From Alphaproteobacteria bacterium (GTDB taxonomy: Bacteria; Pseudomonadota; Alphaproteobacteria; GCA-2731375), in NCBI GenBank assembly GCA_965225945.1, contig CBDDBZ010000038.1, forward strand, positions 498,658 through 562,657: DNA of 64,000 nt. The letters are read 5' to 3'. The notes under the pieces were generated by a model that worked only from the letters and a program-made list of their open reading frames with translations, ran no database searches and had not been told where the DNA came from. Positions 49,778 to 57,485 of the stretch are shown one piece after another (positions within the stretch are counted from its first letter, which is position 1; every line of letters starts with the position of its first letter). The position numbers were made by a program, and so were the translations under genes.

Positions 49778-51010
49778 ATGTCATCGCTTTGGGATCGCGC
49801 GCGCGGCGACGGCGCGCGCGGGCGCGTACCGGTCACCATCCGTCGGAGGGTACACTGGGGAGACACGGACAGCGCCCAGATCGGCTACACCAGCGCCCTG
49901 GTCGATTTCGCCATCGAGGCGGCGCAGTACTGGTGGGAGGCGGTGCTCGACCAGAACTGGTATCGCCTCGGCGTCGAGCACGGCCTGGGTTCACCCATGG
50001 TCGCCATGAAGTTCGACTTCACCTCGCCGGTGCGCGCGGGCGAGCGGGTTGATCTCGTGGTCCGGCTGGAGAAGCTGGGGCGCGCCTCGCTCACGCTCCG
50101 GGTCGAGGCGCGCCATGTCGAGCGGGACGAGCCCGTGTTCACCGCCCGGCTCACCTCTTCGCTGGTCGACCGCGCGGGCCATCGCGCCGAACCCTTCCCC
50201 GAGGCCTGGCGGGCACGGATCGAGGGCCATGCGCGGGAATGCGAGCTCAGCCAGCGCGGCGTCAAGAGCATCGACGAGGTGCATGATTTTTGGTTCGGTT
50301 TGCCCGACGCGCCGGACTGGGGCGAGCCCAGGTTGCGCTGGTTCGGGCGCGACAAAAACCTCGATCCGGCGGATTTCGACCGCGAGATCGCCGAGAGCTT
50401 CACGGCGACCCACGCGGCGCTGATGGCCGGCGAGTTGGACCATTGGGTGGAGACGCCGAGCGGCGCGCTCGCCGCCGTGCTGGTGCTCGACCAGTTCTCC
50501 CGGCACATCTTCCGCGACACGGCCCAGGCCTATGCCAGCGACGAGAAGGCGCGCGGGATCGCGAAGAAGGCGCTCGACGCCGGCTTCGAGGAGGGCCTTC
50601 CGCCGCCGGTTCGAGCTTTCTTCTATCTCCCGCTGGAGCACAGCGAAGCGCTCTGCGATCAGCAGCGCTCCCTCACGCTGTTCGGAACCTTTCGCGGCAC
50701 CGAGCGGGGCGACAGGCAGTACCAGACCGCCCTCCGCCACCAGGGCGCGCGCGGGCTGAAATCATCGAACGTTTCGGCCGCTTTCCCCACCGCAACGCCG
50801 TCCTCGGCCGCGAAAGCACGGCCGAGGAATTGGCCTTCCTGGAGACGCCGAACTCGAGCTTCGGAAGCCCCGCGCGCCCTTGAAGAAATCATCGAACGTT
50901 TCGGCCGCTTTCCCCACCGCAACGCCGTCCTCGGCCGCGAAAGCACGGCCGAGGAATTGGCCTTCCTGGAGACGCCGAACTCGAGCTTCGGAAGCCCCGC
51001 GCGCCCTTGA
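49778..51010 (+). CDS. Acyl-CoA thioesterase (4HBT-like)-DUF924 fusion carrying a 141-nt in-frame insertion
   Basis: VHWGDTDSAQI thioesterase motif; LDQFSR.IFR, FFYLPLEHSE and IIERFGRFPHRN DUF924 motifs; 127-bp tandem duplication. Confidence 0.75.
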   Translation: MSSLWDRARGDGARGRVPVTIRRRVHWGDTDSAQIGYTSALVDFAIEAAQYWWEAVLDQNWYRLGVEHGLGSPMVAMKFDFTSPVRAGERVDLVVRLEKLGRASLTLRVEARHVERDEPVFTARLTSSLVDRAGHRAEPFPEAWRARIEGHARECELSQRGVKSIDEVHDFWFGLPDAPDWGEPRLRWFGRDKNLDPADFDREIAESFTATHAALMAGELDHWVETPSGALAAVLVLDQFSRHIFRDTAQAYASDEKARGIAKKALDAGFEEGLPPPVRAFFYLPLEHSEALCDQQRSLTLFGTFRGTERGDRQYQTALRHQGARGLKSSNVSAAFPTATPSSAAKARPRNWPSWRRRTRASEAPRALEEIIERFGRFPHRNAVLGRESTAEELAFLETPNSSFGSPARP

Positions 51011-51028
51011 AGCTCGATCCCGAACCTC

Positions 51029-51063
51029 GCCTCAATCCGCCTCAATCCGCCTCAATCCGCCTC
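51029..51063. repeat. 10-bp tandem repeat GCCTCAATCC x3.5
   Basis: Directly visible; spans the stop codon of the P1 peptidase gene. Confidence 0.85.
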
Positions 51064-52053
51064 GAAGGCGTGCCGGTGGAGCTCGCGGTAGGCGGGGATG
51101 CCGGCGATCGGGCTTGCCTCGAAGACACCCCGGGCGACGGCGCGGGCGGCACAGTCGGCGCCGTGCGCGCCGATCGTCGCCAAGGCCTCGGGCGAGACGG
51201 CGGCACCCTCGCCCGTCGATAGCGCGAAGACGATGTCGCCGTCGAAGCCGGTATGCGCCGGGCGCACCGCCCGGGCCAGGCCGTCGTGCGCCATCATCGC
51301 CACGCGGCTGGCGCCGGCCTTGTCGAGGGGGGCGTTGGTGGCGACCACGATCAGCGTCGTGTTGGCGCCGAGGCGGCTCTCGGCCAGCGGGCCCGCGTCG
51401 GGCTCGGGTGGGCTCTCGGGCGGGCGCTGGCGGCCCAATTCGCCGGCCCGCTCCAGATCCCAGGCCCGGAGCCGGCCGCTCTCGCCCAGCACCGGAGAGC
51501 CTACGGGATTGGCGACGGCCAGCGCGCCGACGATCAGGCCGTCCCCGGTCCGAATCGAGGCGGCGCCGAGCCCGCCCTTGAGCCGGCCGGCGGTGGCGCC
51601 CATGCCGGCGCCGGCGTTGCCGAGGGCAAATGTCTCCCCCGCCGCCGCGCAGGCCCGTTTCGCCAAATCGCGCCACAGCATCGCCCCGTGCCCCTCGAAA
51701 CCCTGGCGCCAATCGAAGATGATCGCGCCCGGCACGATCGGCATCCGCCAGGGCCCGACGGGGAAGCCGCGGCCCTGTGCCGCCAGCCACTCGACGACGC
51801 CGTCGCCCGCTTGCAGACCGAAGACCGAGCCGCCGGCGAGCGCCAGCGCGTCGATCCGCTCGACCCGGCAGTCGGGGCGCAGGAGGTCGGTCTCCCGCGT
51901 GCCGGGCCCGCCGCCCCTGACGTCGACCCCGGCGACCGCGGCCTGCTCGCACAACACCACGGTGACGCCGGTCAGCAGATCCGCGTCCTCCGCGTTGCCG
52001 ACGGCGAGGCCCGCCACGTCGGTCAGCAGGTTCAAGCGGCCGGTTGTTATCAT
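51052..52053 (-). CDS. P1 family (DmpA-like) peptidase
   Basis: LTDVAGLAVG, DVRGGGPGTRET, NTTLIVVAT and PAHT.FDGD motifs. Confidence 0.9.
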   Translation of the reverse strand: MITTGRLNLLTDVAGLAVGNAEDADLLTGVTVVLCEQAAVAGVDVRGGGPGTRETDLLRPDCRVERIDALALAGGSVFGLQAGDGVVEWLAAQGRGFPVGPWRMPIVPGAIIFDWRQGFEGHGAMLWRDLAKRACAAAGETFALGNAGAGMGATAGRLKGGLGAASIRTGDGLIVGALAVANPVGSPVLGESGRLRAWDLERAGELGRQRPPESPPEPDAGPLAESRLGANTTLIVVATNAPLDKAGASRVAMMAHDGLARAVRPAHTGFDGDIVFALSTGEGAAVSPEALATIGAHGADCAARAVARGVFEASPIAGIPAYRELHRHAFEAD

Positions 52054-52078
52054 CGGGCTCCCCTTCGCTGCTCGCGGC

Positions 52079-52810
52079 TCAGGTGGCGCTGATCTCGATT
52101 GCCGCGCCGAGCGCGAGTCCCAATTCGACGTCGGCGCGGCCTCGATTGACGGCAATCTCGACCAGGTCGTTGGCGTTGACGTACCAGAACGCCGCGCCCG
52201 GCGCGACGTCCGAGAAGGTCCGTGCCCGGGCGAGCGCGTGCGCGCCGACCCGGAGCCGCGCGCCGTCGCCGAGCGCCGAGGCGCGCAAGCCCGTCATTGC
52301 GTTGCCGAAATGGTCGATATAGACGATTTGCCCCAGGTCGTCGGGCCAGTCCGCCCGGTCGAGCCGCTGGACCGCCACCTCGGGGCCGAGCGCATGGTCC
52401 CCCCGGGCCAGGCGGGCCGCCGCCGGCGCGAAGAGGTCGCGGCCGTGAAAGCTCGGCGAGAGGGCCCGGCCGTCCGGCGCGATGATTTGACAACGCGCCT
52501 CGCCGGCCCGCCGCGTCGCCAGCGCGAGGAGGCCGTTGTCGGGTCCGACGTACCAGCGCCCGTCAGCCTCCAGCGCGACGACGTCCCGCTTGCCCCCGAC
52601 GCCCGGATCGACCACCGCGAGGAAGATCGTGCCGGGCGGAAACCAGGCCGCATGGGCGGCCAGCAAGTAGGCGCCGAATTTCGGAGCCCCGCTGGGCGCG
52701 TCGGCGAAGAGGTCGATCACCGCCACCCCCGGCGCTTCTTGCGCCAGCACCGCCTTCACCTGGCCGACGTAGGGCCCCTCCAATCCGAAATCGGTAAATA
52801 GCGCGATCAC
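52079..52810 (-). CDS. SAM hydroxide adenosyltransferase/chlorinase-fluorinase family (DUF62)
   Basis: LFTDFG, VVDPGVG, GPDNG, FHGRDLFAP and IDHFGN motifs. Confidence 0.9.
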   Translation of the reverse strand: MIALFTDFGLEGPYVGQVKAVLAQEAPGVAVIDLFADAPSGAPKFGAYLLAAHAAWFPPGTIFLAVVDPGVGGKRDVVALEADGRWYVGPDNGLLALATRRAGEARCQIIAPDGRALSPSFHGRDLFAPAAARLARGDHALGPEVAVQRLDRADWPDDLGQIVYIDHFGNAMTGLRASALGDGARLRVGAHALARARTFSDVAPGAAFWYVNANDLVEIAVNRGRADVELGLALGAAIEISAT

Positions 52811-52826
52811 CCGGCCCCGTTCCCTC

Positions 52827-53594
52827 TCAAGCCCGCCGCGCGACGATGAAGAGCCGGCGGAAGGGGAAGAGCGTGCGTCCGTCCCCCTCCGGCGGATAGG
52901 CCGCCAGGATGCGGCGCGCGTAATCCGCCTCGAAAGCCTCGCGTTCGGCGCCCTCGAGCGCCGCCAGAAACGGTCTGAGCGCGCTGCCCTTGGTCCATTC
53001 CTTGACCGGATTTTCCCCCTCCAACACCTGCAGGTAGACCGCCTCCCAGATATCGAGCCGCGCCGCGTCGCCCGCCAGCAGGCGATAATAGGTCTCCGGC
53101 GCCGCCACCGGGGCCTCGCGGATCAGCGGGCGCAGGCGATCGGCCCAGGCCCCGCCCTCCACCGTCTCGATCATCGCCTGGTGCGAGGCCTCTGCGTGGT
53201 TGCGCGGCATCTGCGCCGCGAGGTGGCCGCCCGGCGCCAGATGGCCGAACAGCCGGGGCAAGAGCGCGTCGTGATCGTCGAGCCAATGCAACGCCGCGTT
53301 GGAAAAGATCACCTCTGGCGGGAACTCGGGCGACCATTCGGCGATGCTCGCCTCGACGAAGCGGGCCTCCGGCAGGCCTGCGCGCGCCCGGGCCAGCATC
53401 TCCGGCGAGCTGTCGACGCCGACCAATTCGGCGCTCGGCCAGCGCCGGGCGAGGACGCCGGTGACGTTTCCCGGCCCGCAGCCGAGATCGACGACCGGGC
53501 CCGCGACCTCGCCCGGTATCCGCGCCAGGAGGTCGAGCGCCGGCCGCGACCTGAAATCGTCGAAGGCTAGATACTGTTCCGGGTCCCACCGCAT
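52827..53594 (-). CDS. tam: Trans-aconitate 2-methyltransferase
   Basis: WDP.QYL.F...R.RP..DLL, DLGCGPGN, NAALHWL and FRRLF motifs. Confidence 0.88.
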   Translation of the reverse strand: MRWDPEQYLAFDDFRSRPALDLLARIPGEVAGPVVDLGCGPGNVTGVLARRWPSAELVGVDSSPEMLARARAGLPEARFVEASIAEWSPEFPPEVIFSNAALHWLDDHDALLPRLFGHLAPGGHLAAQMPRNHAEASHQAMIETVEGGAWADRLRPLIREAPVAAPETYYRLLAGDAARLDIWEAVYLQVLEGENPVKEWTKGSALRPFLAALEGAEREAFEADYARRILAAYPPEGDGRTLFPFRRLFIVARRA

Positions 53595-53625
53595 GGCTTT
53601 TTTCTCTTCTGTCCGTGCCGCTGGT

Positions 53626-55050
53626 TCAGGCGGCGGGTCGTTCGCCCTGGCCCGCCATGGTCACCGGCAGCGATACCAGGAAGGTCGTGCCCGCCGCGTC
53701 GCTCTTGGCCAGCTCCAACGTGCCACCCTGCGCGCGTACCAGCTCCAGCGCGTTGGCGAGACCGAGGCCGGTGCCGCCCCGCCGCGCCGATCCGGCGAAG
53801 GGCTGGAACAGGTTATCGCGCGCCCGTTGAGCCAAGCCGGGGCCGTCGTCGGCGAGCTCGACGCAGTTCCAGTCGCCGTCACGCCAGGCGGTGGTGGTGA
53901 AGCCGCCGTCGTAATCCATCGCCTCCATGGCGTTACGGGCGATGTTCTGGAACACCCGGAACAACTGCTCCCGGTCGCCCGTGATCTCGAAATCCGGCGC
54001 CACGTCGTTGAGCCAGGCGACGCGGCTGTCGTTCTCGAGCCCGACATGGGCCATCAGCTCGTCGAACAGCGGGCGCAGGCGGAAGCATTCCGGTCGGGGC
54101 GCGCGCTCCTCCCCCTTGCCGAAATCGAGTGTCGCCGAGCAGAGCGTGATGGCGCGGCCGAGCGCGTCGAGCAGCGTCGGCGTCGCCCGGCGAACCTCGG
54201 GGTCGTCGCTGGCCGCCAGCCGGTCCGAGACCAAGTGCGCCGTCGCCAGCATGTTGCGGAGGTCGTGGTTGATCTTGCCAACGGCGGCCCCCAACGCGGC
54301 GAGATGGGTCTTCTGGCTGAGCGCGGCGCGAATTTCGTCTTGCATCCGCGCCAGCTCACGCCGGGCGGCACCGATCTCGTCCCGTCGCGCGCTCGGCCCG
54401 ACGACGTTGCCGGCATCCTCCGGCGCCTCGCGGAAGCGAATCATCGAGGCGGTGATATCGCGCATCGGGCGGACGAAGAGGACGTGCAGCGAGAGGAAGA
54501 CGAGGCTGGCGGTGAGTAGCGAAATGACGATCGAGAGCTGCAAGATGTTGGTCGAATAGGCGAGCATCGCGTCGCGCAGCGCGCGCTCCTCCAGGATGAT
54601 CTCGAGGAAGCCCTCGCTGCCGTCGGGAAAGGCGCCGATGACGTGCAGCGTCCGCTCGCCTCGCGCCAGGGCCTCGAAGGCATCCATGATCAGCGCCATC
54701 ACCGTGGGCGCGCGCATGTCGTAGGTGACGTCGACCTCTGGCGGCATGTCGAGCACCAGCAGCAGGCTCCGCGTCTCCTTGCGTTTCAGCGCCACCATGA
54801 TCAGGTCGGCCGCGTCCAGCAGATCTCGCGCCAATTCGACGCTCACCTCGTTGTCGGGCCTCGCCTCCAGCGCCACCGCCGCCAGGTTGGCGTCGGCGAG
54901 CCGCGCCTCCAGATAGTTGTGGCGGAAGTTGGCGATCGAGGGAACGTAGATCAGCACCTCGCTCAACATCACGAAGAAGACGGTGAGGACGAGGAGGCGG
55001 GCCGAGAGACCGCGCACGATGCCACCGAGGCCGGGACCGGGGGGTTGCAT
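53626..55050 (-). CDS. HAMP-domain sensor histidine kinase
   Basis: Two TM segments, RRDEIG, KINHDLRN, DDGPG and GTGLGL motifs. Confidence 0.92.
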   Translation of the reverse strand: MQPPGPGLGGIVRGLSARLLVLTVFFVMLSEVLIYVPSIANFRHNYLEARLADANLAAVALEARPDNEVSVELARDLLDAADLIMVALKRKETRSLLLVLDMPPEVDVTYDMRAPTVMALIMDAFEALARGERTLHVIGAFPDGSEGFLEIILEERALRDAMLAYSTNILQLSIVISLLTASLVFLSLHVLFVRPMRDITASMIRFREAPEDAGNVVGPSARRDEIGAARRELARMQDEIRAALSQKTHLAALGAAVGKINHDLRNMLATAHLVSDRLAASDDPEVRRATPTLLDALGRAITLCSATLDFGKGEERAPRPECFRLRPLFDELMAHVGLENDSRVAWLNDVAPDFEITGDREQLFRVFQNIARNAMEAMDYDGGFTTTAWRDGDWNCVELADDGPGLAQRARDNLFQPFAGSARRGGTGLGLANALELVRAQGGTLELAKSDAAGTTFLVSLPVTMAGQGERPAA

Positions 55051-55064
55051 CGCCCGTCCCCGAC

Positions 55065-56519
55065 TCAGCCGAACGCGGCGAGCAGGCGGACCAGCCGCCG
55101 CGTCCGGGGCCCGAAGAGGGTCGGCGCGAAGAAGCTTCCGGCGACGCGCTTGTTGACCTCACCGAGCGTCGGATAGGGCGCCATGACGGCCGCCATCTTG
55201 GCGATCTTGAGACCGTTGCTCATGGCCAGGATCCAGGGCTGCAGCAGCTCGCCGGCCCGGAGGCCGAGCAGAGTGGCGCCCAGGATGCGGCCCCGCTTGT
55301 CCACCACCACCTTGACCAGCCCGTCCGTCGCCCGTTCGGTCTGGGCCCGGTCGTTTTCGGCGAAGGACCAGCGCAGTACCCAGACCTCGCGCGCGGCGGT
55401 CCGAGCCTCCGCCTCGCTCCAGCCGACGTGGGCGAGTTCGGGGTCGGTGAAGGTGACGCGCGGCACCAGGCGATGGTCGACCTTGGCCGGCAGGCGGAAG
55501 AGCGCGTTGCGGAGCACGATACCCGCGTGATAGCCGGCGACATGGGTGAATTGTGGCCCGCCCGCCGCGTCGCCGACGGCATAGACCCGCTTGTTGCTGG
55601 TCCTGAGGCGACGATCGAGTGCAATGGCGCCGGCGTGGGCCTCGATGCCCGCCGCCGCCAGGTCCAGGGCGTCGAGATGCGGCCGGCGACCGGCGGCGAT
55701 CAGAAGGTGGCTGCCGTCGAGTTCGAGCACCTCCTCGCCCCGCGCGAGGCGGACCGAGATCGCGCCGGGACCGCCGGAGGCCGCCTCGACCCGCCAGCCC
55801 TCCAGCAGCCGGATGCCCGCACCCCCGAGCAGGCCGCGCAGCACCTCGACCACCTCCGGGTCCTCGCGCGACAGGATCGTGAGCATCTCGACGACCGTCA
55901 CCTCGGCGCCCAGCCGGCGATAGGCCTGGGCCATCTCCAGGCCGATCGGTCCGCCGCCGACGACGATCAGATGGCCGGGTCGCTCGGTGTTCTCGAACAG
56001 GGTCTCGTTGGTGAAATAGGGCACCGAATCGAGGCCGGGGATCGGTGGGACCAGGGGCGCGGAACCGGTGGCGACGACGAAGCGCCGGGCGCGGATCCGC
56101 TCCTCGCCGGCGCTCACGGTCAGGGCATCGGTGAAACGGGCCTCGGCCCGGATCACGCGGATGCCGAGGCCCCGCAACCGGGCCTCGGAATCCTGCGGCG
56201 CGATCGCCCCGATGACGCCCCGGACGTGATCGCGCAACCCCGCCATGTCGCCCGAGGCGAGCGCCGCCCGGTCGAGCCCGAAGCGGTCGGCGCGGTCGGC
56301 CTGGGAACACGCCTGCGCGGCGGCGATCAACGCCTTGGAGGGCACGCAGCCGTAATTGAGACAGTCGCCACCCATGGCGCCCCGCTCGATCAGCACCACC
56401 GAGGCGCCCATCCGCGCCGCGCCCACGGCGACCGAGAGGCCGCCCGCCCCGGCGCCGATCACGCAGATGTCGACCTTGTCGCGCTTCGCCACCAGCTTCC
56501 TCCCGGCCTCGCCCGGCAC
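55065..56519 (-). CDS. Pyridine nucleotide-disulfide oxidoreductase (Lpd/MerA-like)
   Basis: GGDCLNYGCVPSK, GGGPIG and PYPT motifs; adjacent to TVP38; start may be about 56492. Confidence 0.9.
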   Translation of the reverse strand: MPGEAGRKLVAKRDKVDICVIGAGAGGLSVAVGAARMGASVVLIERGAMGGDCLNYGCVPSKALIAAAQACSQADRADRFGLDRAALASGDMAGLRDHVRGVIGAIAPQDSEARLRGLGIRVIRAEARFTDALTVSAGEERIRARRFVVATGSAPLVPPIPGLDSVPYFTNETLFENTERPGHLIVVGGGPIGLEMAQAYRRLGAEVTVVEMLTILSREDPEVVEVLRGLLGGAGIRLLEGWRVEAASGGPGAISVRLARGEEVLELDGSHLLIAAGRRPHLDALDLAAAGIEAHAGAIALDRRLRTSNKRVYAVGDAAGGPQFTHVAGYHAGIVLRNALFRLPAKVDHRLVPRVTFTDPELAHVGWSEAEARTAAREVWVLRWSFAENDRAQTERATDGLVKVVVDKRGRILGATLLGLRAGELLQPWILAMSNGLKIAKMAAVMAPYPTLGEVNKRVAGSFFAPTLFGPRTRRLVRLLAAFG

Positions 56520-56535
56520 GCCTGCCGCGCCCGGC

Positions 56536-57270
56536 TCAGGCCGGCGGGCCGCGTCGCTTCAGCCGCTTATAGAGGATCGGCACGCTGGACAGCAGCGCCA
56601 GCGCGACGAGAGGGCCGAAGACTTCCGGATTATAGACGATGCCCCAGTCGGGCTCGCCCCCCTGTTCGAAGATCCGACCGAAGCCGTTGCCGAGGCTGGC
56701 GTAGACGAAGGTTCCGGGGATGATCCCGAAGAAGGTCGCGATCGCGTACGTCGACAGCCTGATGCCCAGCAAGGCGGGCACCAGGTTGACGAGGAAGAAG
56801 GGGAAGAGCGGCACCAGCCGGAGGATCAACAGATAGCTCATGGCGTTCTCCGCGAAGCCGGCCTCCATCCGCTGGAGGGCCGGTCCCGCCCTGCGCCTGA
56901 GCAGGTCGGCGAAGGCGTGGCGCGCCGCCAGGAACAGCAGGCAAGCGCCCAGCGTCGCGGCGAAGACGACGACGCCGCCGCCGAGCCAGGTGCCGAAGAG
57001 AAAGCCGCCAACGGTGGTCAATAGCGAGCCGCCGGGCACCGAACAGGCGATGACGACGACATAAGTCAGGAAGAACAGCGCGACGGCGAGAACGCTCTGC
57101 GCGGCGACCCAGTCCTGCAAGACTTGGCGATGGGCGCGGAGCGTGTCGAAGTTGACGTAGCGGTGTCCACCGGCGGCGAAAAAGACCACGAGGCCCAGGA
57201 CGATCAGCGCGATCGGCAGGTATCGCTTGGCGGCGCCCACGCGGGCATCGCCGGACTCGGGAGTTGCCAT
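56536..57270 (-). CDS. TVP38/TMEM64 (SNARE-associated) membrane protein
   Basis: GGFLFG, LRLVPLFPFFLVN and GIIPGT motifs; likely start MATPES at 57270. Confidence 0.88.
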   Translation of the reverse strand: MATPESGDARVGAAKRYLPIALIVLGLVVFFAAGGHRYVNFDTLRAHRQVLQDWVAAQSVLAVALFFLTYVVVIACSVPGGSLLTTVGGFLFGTWLGGGVVVFAATLGACLLFLAARHAFADLLRRRAGPALQRMEAGFAENAMSYLLILRLVPLFPFFLVNLVPALLGIRLSTYAIATFFGIIPGTFVYASLGNGFGRIFEQGGEPDWGIVYNPEVFGPLVALALLSSVPILYKRLKRRGPPA

Positions 57271-57333
57271 CGTCGCGCCCTGCTCCCCCAATCTCCCCCC
57301 ACTATCGCCATGATGGGACGAGGGGCAAGGAAT

Positions 57334-57485
57334 GTTACGGTAGGAATGCGCATTGCTGCGCACCCCCCGCGGTTACGGTAGGAATGCGCATTGCTGCGCA
57401 CCCCCCGCGGTTACGGTAGGAATGCGCATTGCTGCGCACCCCCCGCGGTTACGGTAGGAATGCGCATTGCTGCGCACCCCCCGCG
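57334..57485 (-). repeat. Four exact 38-bp tandem repeats, each a group II intron domain VI/3' end
   Basis: Minus-strand unit CGCGGGGGGTGCGCAGCAATGCGCATTCCTACCGTAAC forms a hairpin with a GCAA loop, bulged A and terminal AC; units start at 57334, 57372, 57410 and 57448. Confidence 0.93.

Noticed and set aside
52079-52810. Fluorinase/chlorinase in a halometabolite cluster
   Set aside because: DUF62 SAM hydrolases are widespread, and there is no biosynthetic context here
57271-57363. N-terminal extension of TVP38 (MRSNAHSYRN...)
   Set aside because: The upstream start lies inside the D6 repeat; the real start is probably 57270
57334-57485. CRISPR array (38-bp palindromic repeats beside an RT)
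   Set aside because: There are no spacers and no cas genes; the unit is exactly the intron domain VI/3' end
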